Of a stretch of 64,000 nt of DNA, positions 52,793-64,000 are shown one piece after another. How positions within the stretch are numbered: the stretch's first letter is position 1; each line of letters starts with the position of its first letter. The notes beneath the pieces are model-generated. The model made no database searches. It worked only from the letters and a program-made list of their open reading frames with translations, and was not told where the DNA came from. Made by a program: the position numbers and the translations under genes. Origin of the DNA: Octopus sinensis (Eukaryota). Location of the stretch: NCBI RefSeq assembly GCF_006345805.1, contig NC_043010.1:63984001-64048000 (forward strand). Direction: 5' to 3'.

Positions 52793-53426
52793 GTATTCGT
52801 CAGGGAAAGGGGTTCTATGATCTGTATTGCTTCACCAAGCTGAAGAAACAGGTTATGTCAATAGTCGGTGGATCAGTCACACACACAATGAAAGACATTG
52901 ACAAACAGCTTATAGAAGCATCCTTCCAAACAAATACACACAATGCTATATAGAAACGCACTGACACATCCACACCTAAAATGACAAATTACAAACGTCG
53001 ACAAAATTTGACACACACACACACACAGATTTCTTAGAGCAGACACATGGACAACTACGTGATAAGCATAGAGTCATGCCTAATTTACACACCTACACTC
53101 TCCAGCCGATAAGTCAAATCGTCCAGTTCCCGCCTTAACTTCCAACAAACTTTTCTCATTTAAAAAGGAAATTTTTTCTCAGTTCATATAAATGGAAATT
53201 TCATTGTGGATAGAGATAGTACAGGAAAGAGAAGGAAAATATTAGGATGTCAACCGTAGACGGAACTGTTACTGTCATATCGTTCTTTTTCACAATACAG
53301 AGTATTTCAAGTCAGCAAAATAAGTTGGAGCTGCTCATGTTCGCCTTCGTTCAACTGTAACACATCTAAGATAGGCGAATTCAGGCGATTGATATTGTAT
53401 CTTCCTAGTGTAGCCCTCAGTATGTT

Positions 53427-53477
<51 letters not shown>

Positions 53478-53498
53478 TACACACAGATCATGCTGGGA

Positions 53499-54050
53499 CT
53501 CAGTGTACCCTGTGAAGAATTTATCGAAAAAAAAAATTAATAAGAGGAAGTGCAAAGTATCAGGAAGTAGTGAAAAAGAGCCAAGACAAAAGCTGGAAGA
53601 CACACAGTCAGCCCATAGAGGTGGTTTTGCAGACGTTTTAACCTAAAGCCGATTGGACATACCAGGGTGGTAACGAAGGGTATGATTCAATCCACGAGTG
53701 AAGCTGCAAGGTGGTTTTCGATTGAGGGCTGATTTCTAGAGGGTCGCTACTAAAACCCAAGTCAGGGCCGCACCAACTTCAGCCATGTCGTCTGGTCGGG
53801 GACGTCTAGTGCTGAAAGACCCAAAACATCTGGAAGGAAGGGCTCATCAACCCTGACTGTGTCGTTTGGATGAGGGTGTCTAATGTTGAACGACCCAAAA
53901 TACCCAAGGAAGTGGGGGTGGGTGGGGGCATCAACCTTGGCTGTGTGGCCCGGACGAGGGTGTTTGGTGTTGACAGACCCAAAATACCCGATAACCCCAA
54001 GTCTCATCACTGATGTTGCATCCAAGCTTATCCAGGAGATGTACCTCGTA
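53499..54050 (+). mobile_element. Decayed HERO-like (R2-superfamily) non-LTR retrotransposon 3' end with triplicated 3' UTR module
   Basis: Frameshifted translation LSVPCEEFIE..KYQEVVKKSQDKSWKTHSQPIE..GFA..QSTSEAA..RW..VATKTQV follows the ELTVPWEE..K..KY..GW..PIEVG.RGF..EAAE..SRW pattern of HERO endonuclease C-termini (recalled pattern, not a search result). Confidence 0.65.
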
Positions 54051-54250
54051 CATTCTTTTCAGTCATTCAACAGCATTCATGCTGGGACATCATCGCCTTA
54101 GGATTTTAGTTGGTGATAACAACCCCAGCACTTATTTCACTCTGCTCCCTTACGTTATTAATTGCCATCGAACGATTGAGTTACCTTCTGATGCAAAAGA
54201 ACGCAGCTTAACACATCGTTATACGCAAATACAAATTTGTTATATTTCAC

Positions 54251-54661
54251 AGGCAGAAGGCGCGCGGCTTAGTGGTTAGGGGCATTCGGCTCACGAGTTC
54301 ACTTCCTGGCAACACGTTGTGTCCTCGAGCAAGACACTTTATTTCACGTTGCTCCAGTCCACTCTGCTGGCAAAAATGAGTTGTATCTGTATTTCAAAGG
54401 GCCATCATTGTCATATTCTGTGTCCCGCTGAATCTCCCCGAGAAATTCAGATACAACTCGTGAAATTAAGGTGCAAGTGGCTGAGCACTCCACAGATAAG
54501 CCTTGTCATACACTGTGTCACGCTGAATCTCCCTGAGAACTACGTTAAGGGTTCACGTGTCTGTGGAGTGCTCAGCCACTTGCACGTTAATTTCACGAGG
54601 AAGCTGTTCCGTTGATCGGATCAACTGGAACCCTCGTCGTCGTCACCGACGGAGTACCATC
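54251..54661 (+). mobile_element. SINE family A2 with internal rearrangement
   Basis: Matches 23094-23418; 10-bp TSD tatatttcac (54241-54250 / 54662-54671). Confidence 0.82.
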
Positions 54662-55989
54662 TATATTTCACTGATTAGTCTAAATCAATCGTCTAAACAT
54701 TTCAGCCCAACACAGCAATTACTTCGTTAGAATGGGGCGTGGCAGCATTAAGAAAGAGGTGAATTTCTGCCATGTTGAGATCATGATCCGGTTGGTTTCT
54801 CGTCTCGACTTGACGCCCACTCACTTCCGAGCCTCTATGCAAATACCCGAACAGCTAAATCTACCGCCAATCACATAGTCTACAATATACGAAAAGACTA
54901 AATGGTAATAGAACGCTTATGACCTGGGGTTACAAAATCTAGCCAGACAGCTGGAGTCCTAGAAAAAAAAAGGGGTATGAACGAAACAGCTCCCATTTAT
55001 CTTTCTCACAAACCACAGGTCAAAGAGATAATTGCTAGTTAATTTACTGATTGGATGTGTCTCATTAAGTAATTGACAAATTATTTATGGAATATTTGAT
55101 CGGCAATATTTTATTATTAGCTGTTGCTTCGCCGAAGACGGTGCTTTAGAATCGCTTGTGTTACTTTTTCCAATGAATAAAAAAAATATTATAAGGTTTG
55201 CCGTCAAGGAAACAGCTTTGTGCAGCAAAAACTGAAACGAGAACAGCTTTGAATAAAGCAAAGGCTGGAACGAGACGGACCGTGCAGAAAGGACATTGCA
55301 AAGTGTGAGGCGTCAATCGAATATAAAAGAGAGGAGAGGAGAAAACAAGCAGAATTAATAGCTCCGGATCGAACAGCGTAAAGTAGTTGGCATTCCGACT
55401 TAGGTACACCTGAGATTGATAAAATAATTGTTACACAGACTATAGAATTAAGTTAATTTTAAAGAAAGAATAAAACCACAAACGGAAAGTTACAACAGTA
55501 AAAAGAAATAGTAGAGAGGGGGAGAAAGAGAAATAGGGGGAGAGAGAGAGAGAGAGAATGTAGCGCTGTCGTAGTAGTAGTAGTAGAAGGAAGAGTAGTG
55601 GTGGTGAGAGTGTGGTCGAAGTGACCTGAATACTTTTGACATACTGGTTAGGTGACTTTTATGGCCTGAGAACCTGCCTGAGGTGTTTTTCAGTAGAAAA
55701 CAGAGACAGCGGGAGAACAGAGTAATAAAGAGTGGCGGGGTGGCGGGGGTGTAGGTACAGAAATAAAGCACCCCGCCTACTACCACCCACTCACACTATA
55801 GAGACCGTCCACACATACATTCCAACTCTTTACAAACTGACGTAATCTTACACTCTGTAAGACACAACAGTGTGTGTGTGTGTGCGTGCGCACGTGCAAA
55901 AAGCATTCCAACCTTGACCATTCCTTCTTTTAGAGGTTATCTAGAACTACAATATTCTGTCTTTATTTTAAGACTAATTCAAGACTTGA

Positions 55990-56210
55990 AGTCGGTGGAG
56001 CAGGCAGAGAATTTGCTTGCATGCCAAGCACAACGCTTAGCAGCACTTTGTCTGTCTTTATGTTCTGAGTTCAAATTCTGCTGAGGTCGACTTTGCCTTT
56101 CATCCTTTCGAGGTTGATAAAACAAGTACTGGTTGAGTACTGGGGGGTCAATGTAATCGATTAGCCCCCAACCACAACATTTCAGGACTTGTGCCTATAA
56201 TAGAAAGGAT
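55990..56210 (+). mobile_element. SINE family C, diverged
   Basis: gttctgagttcaaattctgctgaggtcgactttgcctttcatcctttcgagg. Confidence 0.72.
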
Positions 56211-58211
56211 TTTACAACTAGCTGTGTAATTTGGCTGCTATTTCTAAGTTAGTAAGCAACCACATAGAGGCTCCCTGGTTGGCCTGCAACATGATGTAGC
56301 ATACGACTATAGACATGGTTGTAGAAAGTCCAGGGATTCTGTTTCTACAACAAAGCTAAATCTATTTATTCAAAATATACACAAGTGAATCTGTACAAAC
56401 TTCTCTAAAAACATTTTACCTCAGTACTTCAGTCAACTAGTCTATGAATCCATTACATGTACTAATACGCAAAGGTATAATAACAGTACTGGTTGTTCAT
56501 GGTATTTTCACCTTAGTATCCACAAGCCTCTTTCTCTCTCTCTCTCTACAGATTCATTCAGTAAACACTGCTAATGACAAGTGAAACTAGTCAAATTGTT
56601 CTTCACTCAGTTATGCAGAGAGATGCCTATGGAAGGGTAAAATGTTGAAAATTGGATTGTACAAGGGTATTGCGGTATCTATTTTACCATGGTTAATCAC
56701 AACATTTGGCATTTCTAACTTGCAAAGTCGTATCTTCTGTATATTCTGCTATTATAGCATAAAGACATGACAAAACAACTTTTACTTTACTTGGTCAGAA
56801 GATTATCCAAGGACAAGTATTTAGTGATACAATAATGTTAATAATAGCCGTTTCTAATTTAGGCACAAGGCCAGCAATTCTGAAGGACAAGTTGATACCA
56901 CCAACACCAGTGCTGGACTGGTATTTTATTTTTGTTAATCCTGAGAAAATGAATGGCAAAGTTGATCTTGACAGAATATTTGGAGTGCCACATAAAAAGC
57001 ATGCAGCCCACACTGTAAAGTGGTTAATTGACCTTTCCTGTGCTGGTACCATGTAAAAAGTACTCTGTGGGGTGGTTGGTGTTAGGAGGGCATCCAGCCA
57101 TAAAAAACCATGCCAAAACAAATACTGAAGCCTAGTGTAGTCTTCTGCTTAGTCTGCTCCTGTCAAACCGTCCATCCCATGCCAGCATGGAAAATAGACG
57201 TTAGATGATAATGATGATGAAAGGTCCAAAATTAATACAAGACAATTTGTTTGGTGGTCTAATTATTTTGCCAACCTTAATAATAATAGTTTCTAGCATC
57301 AACACAAAGCCTAATATTTAAGGGGTGCCTACTTGATTAATCAACTCAGTACCTGACAGGTACTTTACCTTTCATCTTTGCGGGGTCAATAGAATAAAGT
57401 TTAATCTCAGAATGTAAAGAAATGAAACAAATAACCAGAATGCAATTTTGTCTGATGCTCAAAAGATTCTGATAATCTACCAACTTTGGAACACAACTAT
57501 AAATTTTGATACAGTCAATATTCAATATAACAGTTCTCTTTTATCCCCAGTATCTTACTGGTACTTTTTTTACATGACTTAGAGGAAGAATGCCTTCCCC
57601 ATGGAAGGAAGTGAGGAAGTTACCTTTAGACTAAGGATCTGATCAGAATTCTTGCAACAATAGAATGGGGTTAGCTGAAGGCACCCAAGGCCAGATATTG
57701 GTATTAAACTAGACAATGTCCATCCAATGGGATTCTACACAGTTTGATCTATCAATTTTCACCTGCAAAGTTTGAGGTGACACTTTCCCAAGGTGCTACA
57801 CAATGGGGTTGGACTCAAAACCATGTCATTGTAATTGAATCTCCAAACTATACAACTATGTCTGCAGTTAGAGTTTATCATATCAAGGTACAACTGAAAA
57901 CCAATCCTCAAATCACACAGATATCCAAATGTCCTAAATCATCTTATATACAATTCTCTCTTTTTTTTTATTTTGACATTGCATTTTGTGAACAATAGTA
58001 GTGTTACAGGTTTTCACGTACCAATCAGTGCTTCATGGCATTTATGATAGTGAAAGTGACGAGTGAGAGTGTATGAGTAACTAGGGCAGAACAAATACCA
58101 CAAGGTAACTTTGTTTAAAGTTCCAATCTATTAGTACTTTCATTGCTGTATGTATGTATGTATCTGTGTGTGTGTATATATATATATATATATCACCATC
58201 ATCACCATCAC

Positions 58212-58492
58212 GTGACCGACCAGTCCATCAGATGTAGTTACACATCGCTGGTCACAATGCGTTTGCATTGTTTTAGCCTTCGAATGACGCCATCCCGCTG
58301 ACTAAGCGAGCAGGCCAACAGAAGAAAGAGTGGTGAAAGAGTACAGCAGGGATCACCACCCCCTGCCGGAGCCTCGTGGAGCTTTTAGGTGTTTCCGTTC
58401 AATAAACACTCACAACGCCCGGTCTGGGAATCGAAACCGCGATCCTACGACCGCGAGTCCGCTGCCCTAACCACTAGGCCATTGCGCCTCCA
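58212..58492 (-). mobile_element. SINE with family-A head and an unrelated 3' body
   Basis: 58330-58492 matches the family A head; 58212-58325 is a different tail ending in (ATG/GTG)n. Confidence 0.78.
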
Positions 58493-58494
58493 CA

Positions 58495-58529
<35 letters not shown>

Positions 58530-59211
58530 GACATGTCCATACATATACATGCAAATGCACACACTCTCTCTATCTCTCTCACACACATACAAATGAGTTT
58601 CCTTACTGTTTCTGTCTCCCAAATTATTCCACTTGCAAAGCTGAGATTAACCTGATGCCATGGTAGAAGACACTTGCTCAAGGTGCCATATAACGAGGCT
58701 CAGAACTCAGTGGTTGTGAAATGCATGTTGACCACACAGCCATGGCTCTCTATGTTGAAAGATAAAAGGTAAATAAATAAAAGCAATCGGATTAGACGGT
58801 GGGTACATAACTTGGCCTGCATTCTACATGAGGAGAATTGGATGGTGAATGAAGCAAGTGAAACAGGATGTTCTGACACAGACAGAAATGGGGACAGATC
58901 AATTATGCAAAGTGGGGAGGCACAGGGGAAAGATGCAGGCTATCTCTCCTCCTCTACAAGTATCTTTATCTTTTATCTGTATTCAAAACTAAGTCAAGCT
59001 TACCAATCAACGAATTAACATCACAAATTCTCAAAGCAACAAATTATATTAAATCAAATAATCATACACACACATGTGTGTGTGTGTGTGTGTGTGTGTG
59101 CATGCACATAACTTCTTAAGTGCACAGCAATACACAGGCTGACCACTTTCTTGTTGTTTGTGGTTCTTCAGGCTACACATATTTATATAATTGCCTGGTT
59201 CACCACATTAT

Positions 59212-59255
59212 GTATGTTACTGATGAGGTCTAATAGGACTGAAACATGTCCATAT
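59212..59255 (+). ncRNA. Minimal type I hammerhead ribozyme-like motif (possibly decayed)
   Basis: CTGATGA-GGTC-TAATAG-GACT-GAAA-CATGTC: intact core boxes, 4-bp stem II, palindromic ACATGT stem III, GUC site. Stem I (GTATG/CATAT) is offset by 3 nt. Confidence 0.45.
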
Positions 59256-60395
59256 CTCTGCTAAAGGTCAGAAACACTTGCTGTGACCCACAATGACATG
59301 TGACTGGGTGGAGTTTGCATAGATTTCCGGATGATTCTCACCTTCCTGATGACCATGGAGCTACCTCAGAGCTGTATCCCACTGAGGGAGCAAAGAAGAG
59401 ATCAATTAGACTGGAGGTGTTGTTTAGCCACAGGAAATCCGGATCTAGGTAGGCCCTGTGAAAGATAGCAGCTGTTTTGTATAGCTATAGATCAGTCCTG
59501 GTCCTGTAGCCCCTATAAGGAAACACATTCTGGTCACGACCAACTCGGGATATGTAAGGCAGCATTATCTGAATCACATTTCGTTTTTTTAAAAGATGGT
59601 GTGATTTGACGGAAACTGTGGCTGCTATTTTTAGCAGGTCAAACGACTACATTGAGGAGCCCTCTATAACAGTAAGTAAATAAAGTAGCGTAGATTTGCC
59701 GTACAAGCAGCTTGTGGGAAAGGCATGAACGTTGCACAACCATTCCAACACGTACGGGAAATCTAAGTTCACGTGCTTACGTAAAGAACAAGGCTCCACC
59801 ACTGCCTCTTCTTGCCTCTTATCCAAAACAGACATAATTACCAGAAGCTGAGAGAGAGGGGGGGGGAGATGAGGGAGTAGTGAAATGGAAATAGGAGGTG
59901 TTGGGAGGAATGTCAGTCAGTGAGTCAAAAAGTTAAAGAAGCCATGTACGGTAAACAGCAGCAGAACTGGTAAAAAAAAAAAAAATATATATATATTTCA
60001 TATATATGTAAGAGGAGAGGAATAAGATTGTCACTGACACTTTCTCTTCGCTCTCCCACCACCGAACATACTCTAAAGTGAAGTTTATTTTTATCTATGT
60101 GCAGTCTTTCTCATGTTCTTTCTTCTTTCGGTAAATACTTATCGCATTTCTAAACAAATGCCAACGAGAGAACCGCTACATATTCGTTAGACATGCTAGA
60201 AATAGCAGTCGATCTCCCTCAAATTACATCCTACTATCTCAGAAAGGAAACGAAGGGTACATTGAATAATGTAGTCCCAGATACACTAGCCAGCGAGGAA
60301 GTTTCTACGTGGGTGTCCGACATAGACATAGCAGCTAACTGCCGCACAAATCAATTCTTAATGTTTTAAATACAGAAAACATTTGATAATGCAGT

Positions 60396-60770
60396 CTTGT
60401 GTGGTAAGTAGCTTGTTTACCAACCACATGGTTCCGGGTTCAGTCCCACTGTGTGGCACCTTGGGCAAGTGTCTTCCACTATAGCCTCGGGCCGACCAAA
60501 GCCTTGTGAGTGGATTTGGTAGACGGAAACTGAAAGAAGCCCGTCGTATATATGTATATATATGTGTGTCTGTGTTTGTCCCCCTAGCATTGCTTGACAA
60601 CCGATGCTGGTATGTTTATGTCCCCGTTACTTAGCGGTTCGGCAAAAGGGACCGATAGAATAAGTACTGGGCTTACAAAAGAATAAGTCCCAGGGTCGAG
60701 TTGCTCGATTAAAGGCGGTGCTCCAGCATGGCCACAGTCAAATGACTGAAACAAGTAAAAAAAAGTAAAC
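60396..60770 (+). mobile_element. SINE family B
   Basis: Near-identical to 45132-45526. Confidence 0.87.
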
Positions 60771-60957
60771 CTAATATGATGGGACAGTGAGAGACGGAAT
60801 GTCTTTGATTACTTACATGCCTGCTTAACAGGGGTTGACCTAGGGCTAAAACACCATTGTCTAAAAATAGTTTCAGAATGACTATTAAGGACACTGTCAA
60901 ATTAAGGATTTCTTGAAACTACCATTGTCACTATCATCATCATCATCACGATCGTCG

Positions 60958-60988
<31 letters not shown>

Positions 60989-61488
60989 GATTGTGTTATA
61001 ATAATATCCATTGCTTTTATAGCTTTCTTTGTATTCTGGTTTGAAGCCATCTGCTGGGTTTAGCACAAGAGCCAGCTACCACAATACTCTACCACACATT
61101 CAGAGTTAGGCTCCCTATTCACTGGTAGCTAACTTCAGTTTTCAAACCAGGTGGTTAATTGTTCCCTTTTTTTTTTTTTTTTTGCTTTCTACTTCTTACA
61201 ATTGTTACACATTAAGAGGAGACCCACAGCAAGTCTAAAATCCTTGCACAACCCCTGAAACTACATGTCCAACTGACAGAAAAGCTGGAGTGATACCAAC
61301 AGTACATTGCAACGTTCACCCATATACAATCCCTTTTTTTTTTTTTTTGAAACCACTATCCTTCCCAGCTGACTCATACAATCACAGCTGCCAGATAAAT
61401 TGCCCCCTAGATACAAATTCTATGCTGGATTGCCCAACACACACACATGCACAAAGCTATTTTGCAAATAATATTAAACCCCACATGA

Positions 61489-61865
61489 AAGCAGAGAGCT
61501 GGCAGAATCGTTAGCTGTTTGTCGTCTGTCTTTACGTTCCAAGTTCAAATTCCGCTGAGGTCGACTTTGCCTTTCATCCTTTCAGGGTCAATAAATTAAG
61601 TACCAGTTGCATACTGGGGTAAATCTAATTGACAGGCTCTTCTCCCCTAAAATGTCGGGCCTTGTGCCTAGAGTAGAAAATCGTTAGCACACTGGGCAAA
61701 ATGCTCAGTGGCATTTTGTCCAACTTCACATTCTGAGTTCAAATTCAACTGAGATCAACTTTGCCTTTCATCCTTTTGGGGTTCGATACTGGGTTAAGTA
61801 CTGGGGTCAATGTAATTGACTTGCCCCACTCCTCTGAAATTGCTGGTCTCATATCAAAATTTGAA
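61489..61865 (+). mobile_element. Two tandem SINE family C copies
   Basis: gttcaaattc...actttgcctttcatcctt motif at about 61543 and 61737. Confidence 0.72.
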
Positions 61866-64000
61866 ATCAGTGTTATACCCCCACACCATACACATCTACC
61901 TTGCACTATACTCCTCACATTCCTGCAACACACCCTTACACTCTTATCATATCCATACTACATTTACCTATTACCATCCACCACCATTGCATGGACATTC
62001 TGTTTTAATCTATGTTTGATTGGAGAACACATTAATGCCTCACAATGAACCAAGGACATGTTTATTGAAGCAGCCTAATCTCCTTTAAATTCCGTATTAT
62101 TTAGACCGTATACTTTAATCCCTAAATCTTAAGACAGCATATCCTTTGAAGAAGATTGGATGATGACCATAGTAACAGGAATATAGATTGAACAAGTAAT
62201 TCTTTGATTAGAGCCATCACAGCCACAACGTTTTTCAAGCAACAGAGGATACAGCATTGCTTGATATGCTAGGAATAGCAGACAAATCTCTCATTTGATC
62301 TTGAAAGGAGAAGGATACACTGGACAATGTAGTCTTGAATATTAAATAAGAAAATGGGATGGTTATGGCTGGAATGCTTTTGATCAGAACTAAGCTGTAA
62401 CTGAAGAAGCTCTCTCACTTAACTCAAGCAACCTATCCAAAGATAGGCTCCCAACCCTAGTTCCTTGGTTCATCAATGTCTCTAATATGATTGCTTGCTC
62501 TGCTAGAAACGAGAGCCAAATTGCCCTCAAATCACTTTCTACAAGCAGTAATTTACAATGAATCTGTGATCTCATCACTTATTGTCTTCTATTTCCCCGT
62601 AATTAACCTAAAATTAACCTTATTTTGCTATGTCTGACCTATTGTCATCCTGTCTCCCTATGTTTTGCTTCAACAGTAAACATATAAGCTCAAGGGCAAT
62701 CCTTATGAGACCCCTAAATATTATCTCTTACATTCTAATTGGAAAACACTGCCTTACATAAGCATACAGTTGATAGCACTATACAACCCTAAAAGATGGG
62801 AGGGTCATGGTTGAAATATCTTTGATAATTTATCAGCTCAGTCACACTTAACAGGGTTAAACAATAATAAACTATCTTGTGCCCAGTCAACAGAAAAATC
62901 CTTATAAAGGGACAGATGTAGTGTGGGACAGCCTGTCTGTTGTGGTGTTGGTTGTGGCATTGGTAGTGCCTATCTGATGTCAGACATCAGAGCTCTAACA
63001 AAAGAAAAATAAATGATGGGAACTATTGTTCTTTATTTGGTTGCTATTGATAGATCAATATCTGGTAGTCTGCTTTTCAGTAGAGCTGGTGGACGGCATG
63101 GTGGCGATAGTGCTTATTCATAGTGAAGCTGTACTTTACATCATTATAATAGTGATGTTGGCTGTGGTGGTGGTTGTGAAAGTGGAACTGGTTATGTACG
63201 GCTGTGGTACTGCTTGCTGTTCTGATCAGGATTACAAAGACAACGATAGTAGCTATGTGGCTATGGTGCTGACTGCAATAGTTACGGCTGTAATGAGTGA
63301 TGGAAGTGGTTCAGCAGTGGTATTGCTGTGGTGTTATTGGTTGGGATACTAGTAGTGATGTACTTCGCACAGTGATGCTAATGCTGATGATGATGATGAT
63401 GACAACAACAGTGCTAGCAATACTAGTTCGTGTGGTGGGAGTGGCTGAGGCATTAGCAGTGATGATGTAGTTAGTGGTGTTAGTAGCAGCTGTAGTGTTG
63501 GCAAGAGGTTAAAAAATATTGTTTATGTTGATTGTAGTTAGTAGAATTGGTAGCATTGAGTGTGGTGGTGTTGCTGTCGGTGGTGGATACTACTGTTAGT
63601 GGACCAATCGTAAGAAGTAGTGTTATAGTTAGTAGTAATAACGATGATGATGATGATGACAGTACGGAGTTGATGCTTATATTATAATAAAGACGATAGT
63701 TTGGGTGGTAGTGGTAGGAGTAGTAGTGGTGGGAGATGTATGACAGTAACAGTGGGAGTCAACGATCAACAGAGAAATCAACCAATATAGCGTGTCTGAA
63801 CATTTATTTATTTCAATTTATTTAGCGTTGCAGAGAGACAGAGAGTTGGGGTAAGGGTGACGATGGTGTGTGTGTGGTGAGAAGCAGATGGTACTGACAT
63901 GTTACTGCGCAGCTGACGTAACTAATGCGCCACACACAATGCACCTTGTCAAAACCATCACTTCACCACACACACACACACAGCTACACTATCTCACTTA

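Noticed and set aside
63000-63740. Hydrophobic 108-aa ORF suggesting a membrane protein
   Set aside because: Degenerate GTG/GTA/GAT trinucleotide low-complexity tract.

Overview
AT-rich, microsatellite- and SINE-dense animal DNA. The SINE repertoire suggests an octopod cephalopod (inference). About 46 kb is occupied by one minus-strand, multi-exon gene of the hillarin / kyphoscoliosis peptidase (KY) / LTD-1 transglutaminase-like family. I reconstructed it by hand as 10 phase-compatible GT-AG exons (46276-46154, 45930-45842, 44020-43874, 42243-42051, 37604-37146, 36390-35899, 7282-6854, 3460-3372, 2715-2575, 2254-523; 3894 nt, 1297 aa if the ATG at 46276 is the start). It encodes two tandem transglutaminase-like modules. 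Both keep the His and Asp motifs but lack the nucleophile Cys, and each is followed by repeated beta-rich domains. The two modules share three intron positions but differ at two others. Introns and flank hold several tRNA-derived SINE families (some with clean target-site duplications), piggyBac-type MITEs, Helitron/Helentron-like pieces, RTE-, R4- and HERO-like LINE remnants, a tandemly duplicated Penelope GIY-YIG fragment, a 28-bp minisatellite, and degenerate hammerhead-ribozyme-like motifs. No CRISPR array, rRNA or genuine tRNA gene is evident. Almost all other ORFs in the track are microsatellite or repeat artefacts.
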